A DNA stretch of 64,000 nucleotides from Mobula hypostoma (taxonomy: Eukaryota), in contig NC_086097.1 in NCBI RefSeq assembly GCF_963921235.1, positions 87,856,001 through 87,920,000 on the forward strand, read 5' to 3'. The notes beneath the pieces are model-generated. The model worked only from the letters and a program-made list of their open reading frames with translations. It ran no database searches and was not told where the DNA came from. Numbering within the stretch: position 1 is the first letter of the stretch; each line of letters starts with the position of its first letter. The translations under genes were made by a program, and so were the position numbers. This document shows positions 38,990 to 51,997 of the stretch, piece after piece.

Positions 38990-41643
38990 TGTGGTCGGGC
39001 AAGACGACGGGAGGTGGTGTCTGCCTACTGATCAACACTGGGTGATGCTCAGACACAGTGGCACTGACAAGCTCCTGCAGCCCGGACCTGGAACACCTAT
39101 CGGTGAAGTGTCGTCCCTACTATCTGCCACGGGAATTCACCTACTGACAGCGTCATATTGACATAGGTCTACATTCCACCCCCCCCCCCCTTAACCAGGC
39201 TCTGAACATACTGTATGCCAACATCAGTGAACTTGAGACCAGGGATCCAGAGGCTTTGCTCATTACAGCCGGGGACTTTAACCAGGCCAACCTCAGAAAG
39301 GCGCTGCCAAAGTTATACCAACATGTCTCCTGCCCCACTAGAGGCCCGAATATACTTGACCACTGCTACACAGCAGTCAAGGATGCCTACCGTTCCGTCC
39401 CATGACCTCGCTTCGGAAAATCGGACCATCAGGCCATACTCCTCCTCCCGGCTTACAAACAGAAACTGAAGCAGGAGGTCACGGTGTCAAAAGTAGTGTC
39501 GCGTTGGACGGAGGAAACGGATGAGGTCCTCCGTGACTGCTTTGAATCAGTGGACTGGTTAGTATTCAAGGACTCGGCAGCTAACCTCGATGAGTATGCC
39601 TCAGCTGTCACGGACTTTATTTGGAAATGCACGGAAGATTGTGTGTCTTGCAAGATGATCCAGATATTCCCTAACTGGAAACCTTGGATGAATTATGAGG
39701 TCAACTCCCTTTTAAAGGCTAGAGCTGTGGCTTTTAGGTCCGGGGATACCAGTCGCAACACAGAATTCAGGCGTGAACTCCGGAAAGCCATTAAGGGTGC
39801 CAAGAGGCAATATCGAGCCAAGTTGGAAGCCCAGGCTAACCAAAGGGATGCCAGTAGACTATGGCAGGGTCTAAATGAAATCACTGGGCGCAAAGAAAAG
39901 GCTGGGAATATCAATAACTGTGGCGCTTCTCTTCCTGATGAACTTAAGATTTGAACAGAAGTGGAGTGTCCCGCTCCCTCCGGATGAACCGGACCTGGTG
40001 GCATTGAGATTCATCGTCACCGAGGAGGATGTTAGAAGAGCCTTCCTGAAGATAAATCCAAGGAAGGCGACGGGCCCAGATGGCGGCCCAGACGGGTTCT
40101 CCGGGCCTGTGCAAGCGAGCTAGCTGGAGTGTTTGCTGACATCTTCAACTGCTCCTTGCTTCAGTCTAAGATCCCCTCGTGCTTTCAGAAGGCAACGATA
40201 ATCCCAGTGCCAAAGAAGAGCAAGGTGGCATGTCTGAATGACTATCGACCTGTGGCTCTGACATCAATTGCTATGAAGTGCTTTGAGAGATTGGTTATGG
40301 CACACACCAACCACAGCCTACCGGTCAACCTCGACGCTTTGCAATTCGCCTACCGGAGCAACAGGTCAATGGCAGATACCATCTCTCTGGCCCTGCGTTC
40401 CTCCTTAGAACACCTGGAGAATAAAGACGCATACGTAAGGCTCCTTTTCATTGACTACAGCTCTGCCTTTAATACCATCATTCCAAATAAACTGATTACT
40501 AAGCTCTGGAACCTGGGCCTTGGCACTCAGATCTGCAGCTGGATCTTCAACTTCCTCACAGACAGGACCCAGGCTGTAAAAATAGGGGACAAGCTCTCCT
40601 CTACAATCACTCTGAGCACCGGTGCCCCACAAGGCTGTGTACTTAGCCCCCTGCTGTACTCACTGTATGCCCATGATTGTGTAGCCAAGTTTCCATCAAA
40701 CTCAATATATAAGTTTGCTGATGACACAACGACTGTAGGCCATATCTTGGGTAATGATGAGTTTGAGTACAGAGAGGAAATTAAGAACCTGGAGGCATGG
40801 TGCGAAGACATTAACCTATCCCTCAACGTCAGCAAGATGAAGGAATTGGTTGTTGACTTCAGAAGGAGTAGCGGACCGCATGACCCAATTTACATCGGTG
40901 GTGCGCAAGTGGAACAGGTCAAAAGCTTTAAGTTCCTCGGAGTGAATATCACAAATGACCTGACTTGGTCCAACCAAGCAGAGTTCACTGCCAAGAAGGC
41001 CCACCAGCGCCTTTACTTCCTGAGAAAACTAAAGAAATTTGGCCTGTCCCCTAAAACCCTCACTAATTTTTCTAGATGCACTGTAGAAAGCATTCTTCTA
41101 GGGTGCATCACAACCTGGTATGGAAGTTGTCTTGTCCAAGACCAAAAGAAGCTGCAGAAGATTGTGAACACGGCGCAGCACATAACACAAACCAATCTTC
41201 TGTCCTTGGACTCACTTTACACCGCACGCTGTCGGAGCAGTGCCAGGATAATCAAGGACATGACCCACCCAGCCAACACACCTTTCATCCCTCTTCCCTC
41301 TGGGAGAAGGCTCAGGAGCTTGAAGACTCGTACGGCCAGATTTGGGAACAGCTTCTTTCCAACTGTGATAAGACTGCTGAACGGATCCTGACCCGGATCT
41401 GGGCCGTACCCTCCAAATATCCGGACCTGCCTCTCGGTTTTTTTGCACTACCCTACTTCCCATTTTTCTATTTTCTATTTATGATTTATAATTTAAATTT
41501 TTAATATTTACTAATTTTAACTTTTTAATATTTATAATATTTAATATTTGTAATCCAGGGAGTGTGAAGTGCAGAATCAAATATCGCTGTGATGATTGTA
41601 CGTTCTAGTACCAATTGTTTGGCGACAATAAAGTATAAAGTAT
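38990..41643 (+). mobile_element. Rex1/Babar LINE, longer copy: APE endonuclease remnant plus nearly intact RT (420-aa ORF 40129-41391)
   Basis: APE motifs AGDFNQ, ILDHCY and FGKSDH. RT motifs [26 protein letters not shown] and KFADDTT. Tail aataaagtataaagtat. Confidence 0.95.
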
Positions 41644-41647
41644 TTCG

Positions 41648-41980
41648 GAGCGGCACAGTGGTGTAACTAGTAGAAGTGCTGCCTCACAGCCTCCAGAGGT
41701 CTGGGTTTAATCCTGATCTCTGCTGCTGTTTGTGGAGCTTCTCCCAATGATGGTGTGAATTTCCTCCACCTGCTTCAGTTTCCTCCTGCAGCTCGGAGGC
41801 ATGGGGGCTGATAGGCTAATTGACAGCTTGAGATTGACCCTTGTGCAGTTGAGTGGGAGGATCTGGGGAAAATTGATAGGAATGCGGGAAGAATAAAATG
41901 GGATTAATTAAGATTAGTATAAATGGTCAGCGCCGTCTCATTGTGGGCCAAAGGACCTGCTTCCATGCTGTATTACTTTT
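41648..41980 (+). mobile_element. Degenerate tRNA-derived SINE (V-SINE/HE1-like)
   Basis: gcggcacagtggtgtaactagtag (box A-like), gggtttaatcc (box B-like), V-domain-like gtttcctcc, CR1-type tail tgggccaaaggacctgcttccatgctgtatt. Confidence 0.7.
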
Positions 41981-42211
41981 AAATTTTGGCCATGGGTTTA
42001 GTTATTGAAGTGAAAATGCATTTCAGTATTGAGAGCTTGAACAAGCCAGCATCCTAAACTTATTCCAAATATTTGAAGGGTCTTCTATTGCCAAAAGGCT
42101 TTTGTCCTTATTTCAATATTAAAACACGTTTCTAGTTACATGTGGTGTTCTCATGTTCCCTTTCTTCTCTTTCCCTATTCTCTGACCTACCATCTGTTCT
42201 GTCTGCAAAAG

Positions 42212-42280
42212 CCTGTCATTATCATGTGCATCAAATTGCAGTGTGTTTGACAGGGTGGAGTTTAGCTCTGAAGATTCATG
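42212..42280 (+). CDS. Candidate SIPA1L1 cassette exon, 69 nt, phase 1/1
   Basis: Pyrimidine tract plus caaaag| acceptor, ATG|gtaatt donor, open in the correct frame (ACHYHVHQIAVCLTGWSLALKIH). Lies in the intron where mammalian SIPA1L1 has an alternative ~21-aa exon. Confidence 0.4.
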
Positions 42281-43864
42281 GTAATTGTGATGACAATAAT
42301 GAATGTAAAACCACCCATCCCCCTGCTGTGTATCTGTAGCCATCGAAGTGGCTCTGCAACACCCAGCAACTAATGATGCAGGTTTATTATTTAAATTGCA
42401 CTCAACAACAGAGGACTTTGGAAAAGTCAACAGTGTCATCGATCAGCTTATACCGATGGCACTCTGCTCTAATGAAGTATTTGTCCGTCAGCTTTATTTT
42501 TAAGGAATAGTGATTGTGTTTAATCATCCGCTGCTGAGCAGCAGTGTTTTGTAATTAATTTGTCTTGGTCTTTGTAGCCCAACCTGTAAATGCACATTAT
42601 GAGTCTTCCAATATGGTTGCTTAATGTGTGTCATTTTGGTTGGTAATTCAGATCCCAATAAAACCTTCCAATTGTTTACACTGGAAGGATTAATCATTCC
42701 TTCTTAGAGGCAGCAGAACATTTTCTATTAAAGAAAGTGGTGGATAACTCATTTATGATCACTGCAAACATATCAGCTTGTGCTTGTTTTCATCGTTGGA
42801 GTCAGTCCAATCCAAGTCCAGATTTGAATTCCTGAGACAGAGTGCTATGTGCAGCCTTGTGCCATATCATCTCATTTAACAAGCAACCAGGGTTGAATTT
42901 CTAGCTGGTGATGTTTAAATATTTATAATTAATTATATGTGCATTGATTTTATAACTGTAATGGAACTGATGCCTTGAATATTGAATTAATGCTTTTTTA
43001 ATTTGTGTTGAAATTATTTTATGCTACAGAACTTGCTGTTAAACTTTTAAATGACTTTCCAGTGCTGATAACTGTGAATCTTAGGGAAAAATCTGAATCC
43101 GCAGAATGTTATGCAGTGTGTGACAAGCCCAGTTACTGATGGTTGTCTCCGTTTTGGAAATATGCCGAACATCCTGTAGCCAGAGGGGAAGGGGTTTACA
43201 CTCTGTGAGGATTTAGCAAGTTTTCTTAGTAAATTTTTGGGCTGTATGTACACTGGCTTCCAATTTTTGAGATAGCTCTACTTGCACTGTACATCCCTCC
43301 TTCTGCCTTTCAGCCATCTCCATCAACATGGGAACTAATCAGTGATATTGGATATTTCCACATTAACAAAAGGAATTGCATCAATGGCTTCAGTTTATCA
43401 GGCCAGTTCACATGACTTGAAACCCCAACTCTCTCACTGCTTAGTTACCACTGCAATGTGTCCTTCTTTTTTGCACCCGCTGAATGAAGGCTGAGATTCT
43501 GGCAAATTGTGTGTTGCTCGATGATTGTTAGCATGCTGGGATTGGATCGCTTAACAGCCTCTTGCATTTGCTGATGTTTCAGTTTCCTTTGTTTCACAGG
43601 TGACTGAAGTGAAAACTCCTGCTGATAGCCCTCAACTTTATTTTCAGGAATGAAGTAGTCTTTTATCCGTTCTTACCCTTGCCCTAGCAAAGGGCACAGC
43701 TGAAAAATGTCCCTGGGCTTTCTTTGCCAATAATATGGGAGGAAGCAGGAATTTGAAATTAAAAATAAACTATGATATAGAGTATATTATAATCCTTTGT
43801 TCAGGGTATGCATGCCTATTAGCTGATACTTTGTGCTGTTGTCCACTCAGCATTCAGAAAATAT

Positions 43865-44660
43865 ACTCACAGAACATAGGATAGTTCAGCTAAGGAACAG
43901 GCCCTTTGCCCAACCATGTCTCTGCTGATTATGTACCTATCTAAACTAGTATCATCTGCCCGATATCGCTCTGTTTCCAGCCTGTTCACATATCTGTTTA
44001 AATGTCTCCTAAACTTTACTGTTATATCTGCATCTACCATCTCCCATAGCAAAGCCCTTCAGGGACCTACCACTTACCCTGTGTAATAAAAAACAAAACG
44101 CCTCATAAATCTCCTTTGACCTTTCCTCCCCCCACCTTAATCCTATGCCCTCTAGTATTTGATAACTACAGCCAGGGAAAAAGCCTCCAACCATTTATCC
44201 TGTCTATGCATCTCAGAATCAAAATCAGGTTTATTACAATAATATTACAGGTTCATTATAATAAATTTATTCACTCATTCTAAGTCACACGTCAGCCTTC
44301 TACACTCCACTCCATGCAATGTACTGGTGAACCTTTTTTAAAGCCTCTCCTCATCCTTCCAAAAACGCAGTGACCAGAAATGCCCACACACTCCTCTAAA
44401 TGTGGCCAAACCTAAGCTGCGATATGACTTCCTAGCTTTTCTACCCAGTGCCTGGACCAATGAAGTCATGCATGTTGTACACCTTCTTTACCACTCTATC
44501 CACTTGTGATGCCTCTGAAGATCCCTCATTAATGCTTCCAAGGCATTGACTATATACTGTACTTCCCTCTTACATTTGATCCTCAAAAATGAACACCTCA
44601 TAGTTCTCTGCATTTTTCACCCAGATTTTCAACAGATCTGTACCTGCTCTATCCTTTGAC
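43865..44660 (-). mobile_element. Old CR1 LINE 3' fragment
   Basis: agaacatagga...ggaacaggccc tail, atgccctctagt (TRGH), gaccagaaatgc. Confidence 0.75.
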
Positions 44661-44687
44661 AGTGAAACAAGATGGTTTATTTTTCAT

Positions 44688-46084
44688 TTTTAACTTTGCC
44701 TCCAACTTTCACTCTGCCCTCAAGTTTACCTGGTCCATTTCCAACACCTCCCTCCCCTTTCTAGATCTTTCTGTCTCTGTCTCTGGAGACAGCTTATCCA
44801 CTGATGTTTACTATAAGCCTACTGACTCTCACAGCTATCTGGACTATTCCTCTTCTCACCCTGTCTCTTGCAAAAACGCCATCCCCTTCTCGCAATTCCT
44901 CCGTCTCCGCCGCATCTGCTCTCAGGATGTGGCTTTTCATTCTAGGACAAGGGAGATGTCTTCCTTTTTTAAAGAAAGGGGCTTCCCTTCCTCCACGATC
45001 AACTCCGCTCTTAAACGCATCTCCCCCATTTCACGTACATCTGCTCTCACTCCATCCTCCCACCACCCCACTAGGAATAGGGTTCCCCTGGTCCTCACCT
45101 ACCACCCCACCAGCCTCCGGGTCCAACATATTATTCTCCGTAACTTCCGCCACCTCCAACGGGATCCCACCACTAAGCACATCTTTCCCTCCGCCCCCCT
45201 GTGTATTCCGCAGGGATCGCTCCCTACGCAACTCCCTTGTCCATTCATCCCCCCCCATCCCTCCCCACTGATCTCCCTCCTGGCACTTATCCGTCTAAGC
45301 GGAACAAGTGCTACACATGCCCCTACACTTCCTCCCTTACCACCATTCAGGGCCCCAAACAGTCCTTCCAGGTGAGGCAACACTTCACCTGTGAGTCGAC
45401 TGGGGTGATATACTGCGTCCGGTGCTCCCGATGTGGCCTTTTATATATTGGCAAGACCCGACGCAGACTGGAGACCGCTTTGCTGAACATCTACGCTCTG
45501 TCCGCCAGAGAAAGCAGGATCTCCCAGTGGCCACATATTTTAATTCCACATCCCATTCCCATTCTGACATGTCTATCCACGGCCTCCTCTACTGTAAAGA
45601 TGAAGCCACACTCAGGTTGGAGGAACAACACCTTATATTCCGTCTGGGTAGCCTCCAACCTGATGGCATGAACATCGACTTCCCTAACTTCCGCTAAGGC
45701 CCCACCTCCCCCTCGTACCCCATCTGTTACTTATTTTTATGCACACATTCTTTCTCTCACTCTCCTTTTTCTCCCTCTGTCCCTCTGAATATACCTCTTG
45801 CCCATCCTCTGGGGCCCCCCCTTGTCTTTCTTTCCGGAGCTCCTCTCCCATGATCCTCTCGTATCCCCTTTTGCCTATCACCTGTCCAGCTCTTGGCTCT
45901 ATCCCTCCCCCTCCTGTCTTCTCCTATTATTTTGGATCTCCCCCTCCCCCTCCAACTTTCAAATCCCTTACTTACTCTTCCTTCAGTTAGTCCTGATGAA
46001 GGGTCTCGGCCTGAAACGTCGACTGCACCTCTTCCTACAGATGCTGCCTGGCCTGCTGCGTTCACCAGCAACTTTGATGTGTGT
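44688..46084 (+). mobile_element. Penelope-like element (Neptune-like): RT C-terminus, Cys linker, GIY-YIG, pLTR
   Basis: LPFLDL..TDVYYKPTDSHSYLDYSSSHP (PLE RT) and VIYCVRCSRCGLLYIGKT. 15-bp direct repeat tggtttatttttcat at 44673-87 and 46085-99. Confidence 0.93.
45989..46024 (+). ncRNA. Minimal type I hammerhead ribozyme motif in PLE pLTR
   Basis: agtc-CTGATGA-agggtctcggcct-GAAA-CGTC-gact. Predicted cleavage after GUC at 46020. Confidence 0.78.
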
Positions 46085-46103
46085 TGGTTTATTTTTCATA
46101 TTG

Positions 46104-48377
46104 CGCTCAGACCCCGCTTCACTCAGAGGTGGAGCACCATGTGAATCAGTGCTATGTGAGGTCATTAAAACATTACGTAAATGGACACGTGTGCCTGATT
46201 TTAAAAAATATTGAACCTGAGATGTAGGGTATATTATTTTATGTGTACACTGTAATTCATGGAGTAACAAACAGGCAAATGGGCCTAACTTGTACATCAT
46301 GACCTTAAACATAAAGCATTGTTGGTGCTTGATGATGCCCCAGGCCACCCTGAAAATCTTGACATGCTTCGGACCTGCATTCATGAAGCACCCAACACCA
46401 CCTCATTACTCCAACCAATGGATCAAGGAGTAATATCGGATTTTAAAGCCTACTACCTTCGCATCGCACATCGCAGCAGCAGCTGAGGGAAGTGGGTGGT
46501 GGTTACGTCTTATAGAGGAAGGACCAGGCTGTAGGTCCTCCTCGAAGTTCGGCGGCTTCTTCAAGTAGGCATTGAGATTTGACTGCCTCTCGTAAAGCAG
46601 TTCTCAGTAGAAGGGAATTGTGTCGAGAACATCTCTCTTTGCCTTACTGCTTCGCTCCCAGTCAGGGTCGTTATTGATTCGGGTGATCATGGTGATACCA
46701 GTGCTGAGGAATTTTGTGGTGATGTTTCTCGCTGGTGTTATCTCTTCTCTATCCATGTTCTCAGCTTCACCCAAGATGAGTTGCTCTATGAATTCTTGAA
46801 GCTCTTCATTATTAAAGCTCTCACCATGAGGATGCAGTAACTCTTCAACATTGCCATCATAATAACATCCTCTAATCCTGCTTCATTGGCCTTATGTTTT
46901 GGATGACTGGTTCTGCCTGAAATCCTAGGATGCCATTGCTGCTTCCACGCTCCGTTCATGAAGTTTGAAGTTATTTCATTCCAGGCTGCTTTGATATTGT
47001 CTTCAGCTTTCATGATGTTGTCAAAATGGCCTGATGGATTGTTTGTCTTGACCTTTTGTTTCCTCTGCAGGTTGTTTGAATGTGCGAGGAAGGTAGTAGG
47101 CTTTAAAATCCGATATTACTCCTTGATCCATTGGTTGGAGTAATGAGGTGGTGTTGGGTGCTTCACGAATGCAGGTCCGAAGCATGTCAAGATTTTCAGG
47201 GTGGCCTGGGGCAGTATCAAGCACCAACAATGCTTTATGTTTAAGGTCATGATCCTCACAATACCACTTGACTGCTTGACAAAGTGTGAAACAATCCAAC
47301 TTTGGAAAATCTCAATTGTCACTCAGGCTTTCTTGTTTGATTTCCAAATCACTGATGGACTTAACTTTAAATGCCTTTCATTGCTCATGGTGTTTCAGCG
47401 TGACACACAATCATAGGCTTTAACCTAAAGTCATGTTTAGCATTGCCTCCTGGTCCTTCACAGCCTCGAACCCAGGTGCATGTCTCTCTTCTCAGGAGAT
47501 GAAGGTACGAGAAAGCATTCTTTTCCAAAATAGACCCATTTCATGCACATTAAAGACCAGCTCAGGAGGATAATCATCCATTTCAATTATGCCCTTCAGT
47601 GCTGCAGGAAAATCCTGGGCTGCCTTGCTGTCTGCACTTGCCGTTTCATCAGAGATGCATACACCAAAGAGGTCACTGCGATGCTTAAATCTATCAAACC
47701 AACCTTTGCTGGCTGTGAATGCTCCCGACATTCTTCTTGAATATGATTGAAGATGCTTCTTACCTTTCCAATATCATCAGCTAGCTTTGAGGCATGTTTC
47801 GTTGTATTTGGTCATCCACCAATATTTAGTCAATTTTCTAGTTTTTTCAAGCAAACGGCTCCTTGAACAAGTCATTTTCGTTGATGATAACATTGGGGTA
47901 CTAATTGGAGAAGCTTTTATCTTGTTTGCATTTTTATATAGTAGTTCTGATCGTTGGTGTAACCAATTTCAAAGAGGCGCCAACATCAACCTGACGCTCA
48001 CCAGCTTCCAAATACCTTATCACTTGCAGTTTCACATCCGTGCTAATGCTTTTCCTAGATATCTTAGATGTACCACCCTTACTGGAAGTTGCTTGCCATT
48101 TTCCAGACATTATGGGTGAAAAAAGGAATAAATTAGCGAGTGAGTAAGAGTGTTTACACATGCAGGGAAGGCAGAGCGTGAAGTAATACATGATTGGCTG
48201 TGAATGGCTCAGAGCGTATCTGAAGCGCTCTCATTGGCTGATTGAATATTTACTGTAATCGCAGCTGCTCTTGAGAAATTTTAAGTGTTTAGAATAAATT
48301 TAGTGTCATTTTAAAAATTTCAATGAAGAATTGAATAACCATGTTGTAATGAATCAGCGCTACGTGGGGTCTGAGTG
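46104..48377 (-). mobile_element. Tigger/pogo-like DNA transposon, degenerate
   Basis: CENP-B HTH (RKSISTDVKLQVI), FTASKGWFDRFKHR, VFNVHEMGLFWKRM, LLVLDTAPGHP, PNTTSLLQPMDQGVI. Imperfect TIRs cgctcagaccccgc and gtggggtctgagtg|TA. Confidence 0.9.
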
Positions 48378-49638
48378 TACTGTCCTGTTGCATTCTTTGT
48401 GAATATGAATAATTTTTAAAATATTTTCCTGCATAAATTTCAATTTCCTGCTGCAACTGGGCATTTCATATCAATGAAATTGAACAAAAAAGACATTTTA
48501 ATTGGGTATATATTTTTGCATTATTGAAACTACTGACCGTATTTCAGCTTTTAGAATCAGCTGAACTATCTTCCAGTATTTCTTTTTCTCACTAGTTTTA
48601 GAATATATTTACCCCAGAGCAATATGTTCAAGGCAGAACTGAGGAGAAAACAGCACAGCCCACTGCCTCAGGCATAAATCTGAAATAAAATCATCAAATG
48701 CTGAGAATGAGATTGGTGAGCTGTGATTGTTTGTAAGATAACCTAGTCAGGTACTGAATTTCTTTTTAAATATTGCAATGAGGAATCCTTGATTTGGTTC
48801 AATAAACAGATCTACAGGTTTGATTGCACTTTAAAAGGTTGTCATATCTTTCAAACTTTGCATTAATTTTTTATTACGTAATAAGATTAACAAATTAGAA
48901 GTATTTTTGAAACAAAAGCCGTATTGTATCTCAGCTCACGGTTTACTTGCAAATACTAATGCTGAGACACATGGAAGTGTTTGATCATTAGTAGGTAATT
49001 AAGATTGAATAACTAATGAGGCAGCCCATTCCTCTCTGATGTGAGGTAGTTTTTGGAGTCCAGAGTGTTTGCTCTGGTAAGGAATGTACACAGATTGAAT
49101 GGACTATCAGTATATTTCTTATGATACTTGTTACTTCTGCATCTGCGGAAAAATTAGCATTTGCCGTCTTAATTGTATTTACCTTGTCATCTTGTGGTTC
49201 TCCAAAATGTTGCCTCATTGATCCACAGAATGCACATTCTTTGCTACAATGAACTATTCTATTTTGATCATAGTTTTGGAAAAATATTCCTTTGTACAGA
49301 GGTTAAAATGCAGTTGTAGTTCTTTTGAGATTGACCTATTTTTCAATTCTGGGACTTGCAAACAGCTCACACAAAACTGCTGCTAAATGCATTTTCAAAA
49401 GCTTCTATTAATTAATTGCAGCATCTGAAATTATAATTGTAGCAGTTTCTGGATCCAATTTCCAACACGAATGTACTCTGTATAACTTCAGTAGTAGAGA
49501 TTACAGCTCCTTCAGCTTCCTTGCTATGCCAGTTTAAAGTCTAATTAAAGCTGGGAATGTTTACAAATCACACTTGGGTCAGAGGAAGAAGAAATCCTCT
49601 AATAGGTTTTTTAAAAAAAGTATTGAAATATATTTCAG

Positions 49639-49757
49639 AGCCAACTTGGCATATCCCGTCGGTATCGAAGGTAACATCTGCACTCAGAGATAGCCCCAGT
49701 GGGAGACTGGTGAGGCAGGAAGTTGTGGACCACGTTTCGCCAGTCAAACATGGACAG
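49639..49757 (+). CDS. SIPA1L1: SIPA1L1 internal coding exon, 119 nt, phase 1/0
   Basis: tttcag|AG acceptor, CAG|gtaaac donor. Encodes [40 protein letters not shown] (cf. [28 protein letters not shown]). Confidence 0.92.
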
Positions 49758-51404
49758 GTAAACAAGTTAAAACTTCTTATGTGCCAGGTTTATGTCTGTG
49801 CCAGCATAATAGGAGTGATCTCTCCTCCTCACCCCCCATGCCTCCATCTTCAGCATTCTTATTAAAGACTTGTTGTGCAGAACAAACTGTGAAGGTTTAT
49901 AGATGCTTCCAACTCTTAATACACAGAGAATTATTGAAACCCTTGCAGTGATTTTCGAGGTAACAGAGTTCGATTTGACATGTTGACGTTTGATGAAACA
50001 GCCTCACGTTCAGCTAGTTAAACAGCTTCTTTGCAGCTCCTGAAATTGAATCTTGGGCTCAGTATACCTCAATCTGTTTTTAAAAAATGGATGTATTTTT
50101 ATTCTTGGTTGTTTGTACTCATTACATTTTTGAGTTACTACTGGAGCTCAGGTTCTGCCACATTCTTTGACGTGACATTATATTGTCTTGACAAAGAAGG
50201 CTGAGTGGGGGAATGCCCAAGTTTAAAAAAGATCCTAATTTGCATTCATGGGGGTGAGTTTCCTTTCATAAAAAAGGAAGGGAAGAGGAAGCAAAGCCAA
50301 GGGAATGAATTCCAGAAAGCATATTTTCTCAAGTACTTTCCTCATGGGCAGTGCATAGGCAGTAGGAAAATGGCAAACTCAAATGATTTGAGAATGTGGG
50401 CCAGTTCATACAACTGGTAGATTGAAATGCATGAAGTGCTCAAAGGTTTATTTTAGAAGTTATCATTTTAAAACATTGCTTACAAAGTTCACAGAAATTC
50501 AATATACAAAAAGTCAAAGGAAGAGAAAAACAGTAGAATATACAGGCTCTCAAGGCAAAAACCTTCAGGGTACCAGGAAAGAAAAGTGAAGTGATTTAGG
50601 GAAAGAGGACTCTTCACTGGGTTAAATACATTCAAATTAAATGTTATTGTCTTCACATGTAGCCTCACGTTCCTTTTTCCATCCCGCCCCAATAAACTGC
50701 ATGACATGAAAAAAGCTGTATTGCTAAAACTTCTTATCCACCTGGGAAGCACAAAATGTTAAAGCAAAGTGCTTGAGAAATCAAATGAAGGATTGATCTT
50801 TTACTACCTGGCGAAGGAGCAGCGATGAACCAGACATTTCTGTAAGGAAAATTGCTTGAGGAATATTTGTTTATGGCAATAACTTTGAATTATTGTCTTT
50901 ACAGTCCAGGGTTGCCTACAAAGAGAAGGGAAGAGAAGACCATCTTGAAACTATTTGAGTTCAATGCAAAACACAGAGCATTCCATGATTTTTACCTTGT
51001 ATAGACACTGCATTGCTGAAACATTGTGTTTTATGTGAATCAGTTATCTCTCCCATCCACTTCCCTCCCATCTCACGTACACTAGTACAGGAACATTGCA
51101 TCATGTCCCAGCATTTATGGTCCCTCCTGACATTTGGAGTACTGTCACTATTACTCGATAGCATCATGATACACTGAACTTTAAAAATGGAGGTTATTAT
51201 GATTTAGTGTCTCTTAGTTAAAACATTCAGGTTGATAGACAGGTATGAGATTCTTAACTGACCTGAAGTCTTGTTTTTAAGAATTCAGTTACAGATCATC
51301 TTTTAGATGATATGTTTTGAACTGTGCATTATGTTAAATAAACTGTAGTTATTAAATAGTTTAGAGTCTTGACCAATGACACTATTTCCTTCTCCACTTT
51401 CCAG

Positions 51405-51880
51405 TCTGAAGCTCAATATTCAAGCCATTCAAGCAGCAACACACTTTCCAGCAATGCTTCAAGCGCTCACAGTGATGAGAAATGGTATGACACAGGGGAC
51501 CGGACGGAATCTGAACTAAATGGTTATAACTACATTCAGGGTACATCTGCAGACAGTGGCATTGATACAACCTCTTACGGGCCATGCCATGGCAGCATGC
51601 TGTCCGCAGGAACCCCAGCTGCTCCAACAAATTCTTTGAGGTCTGCACCAACAAAAGAGAAAACGGCTTCTCCTTGGCCTGGTCCAAATGACAATGGCAT
51701 GCACTGCAGCAGATTAGGAGATCGAGGCTCCCACAGTTATGAGAGGAGGGGCGCACTCTCACCGGCACTAAGCACAGAAAGTCAAAGCAGATGTTACGGA
51801 GGGTTGGTCCATAGTGTTTCAAGTGCATCAGCTCAAGAAAGCAGAGCGTATAGCCTCAGTGATACCTCCTCTCAGTCCAG
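51405..51880 (+). CDS. SIPA1L1: SIPA1L1 internal coding exon, 476 nt, phase 0/2
   Basis: ttccag|TCT acceptor, AG|gtaatt donor. Encodes [29 protein letters not shown]...[15 protein letters not shown], including the DSGIDT phosphodegron known for SPAR/SIPA1L proteins. Confidence 0.95.
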
Positions 51881-51997
51881 GTAATTAATTTGTGATTATG
51901 TGTCATTTGTGTTTCTTCTGAGTTTGTCCCAGTTTCCCACCTACACTAATAGTCTTGGTGACAGCCCGTCAAGGCTGGCATTCTCCTCTCCCTTCAG

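Noticed and set aside
43600..43655. Strong acceptor gtttcctttgtttcacag as a coding exon
   Set aside because: In the required phase 1 it hits TGA at the third codon, and there is no convincing donor.
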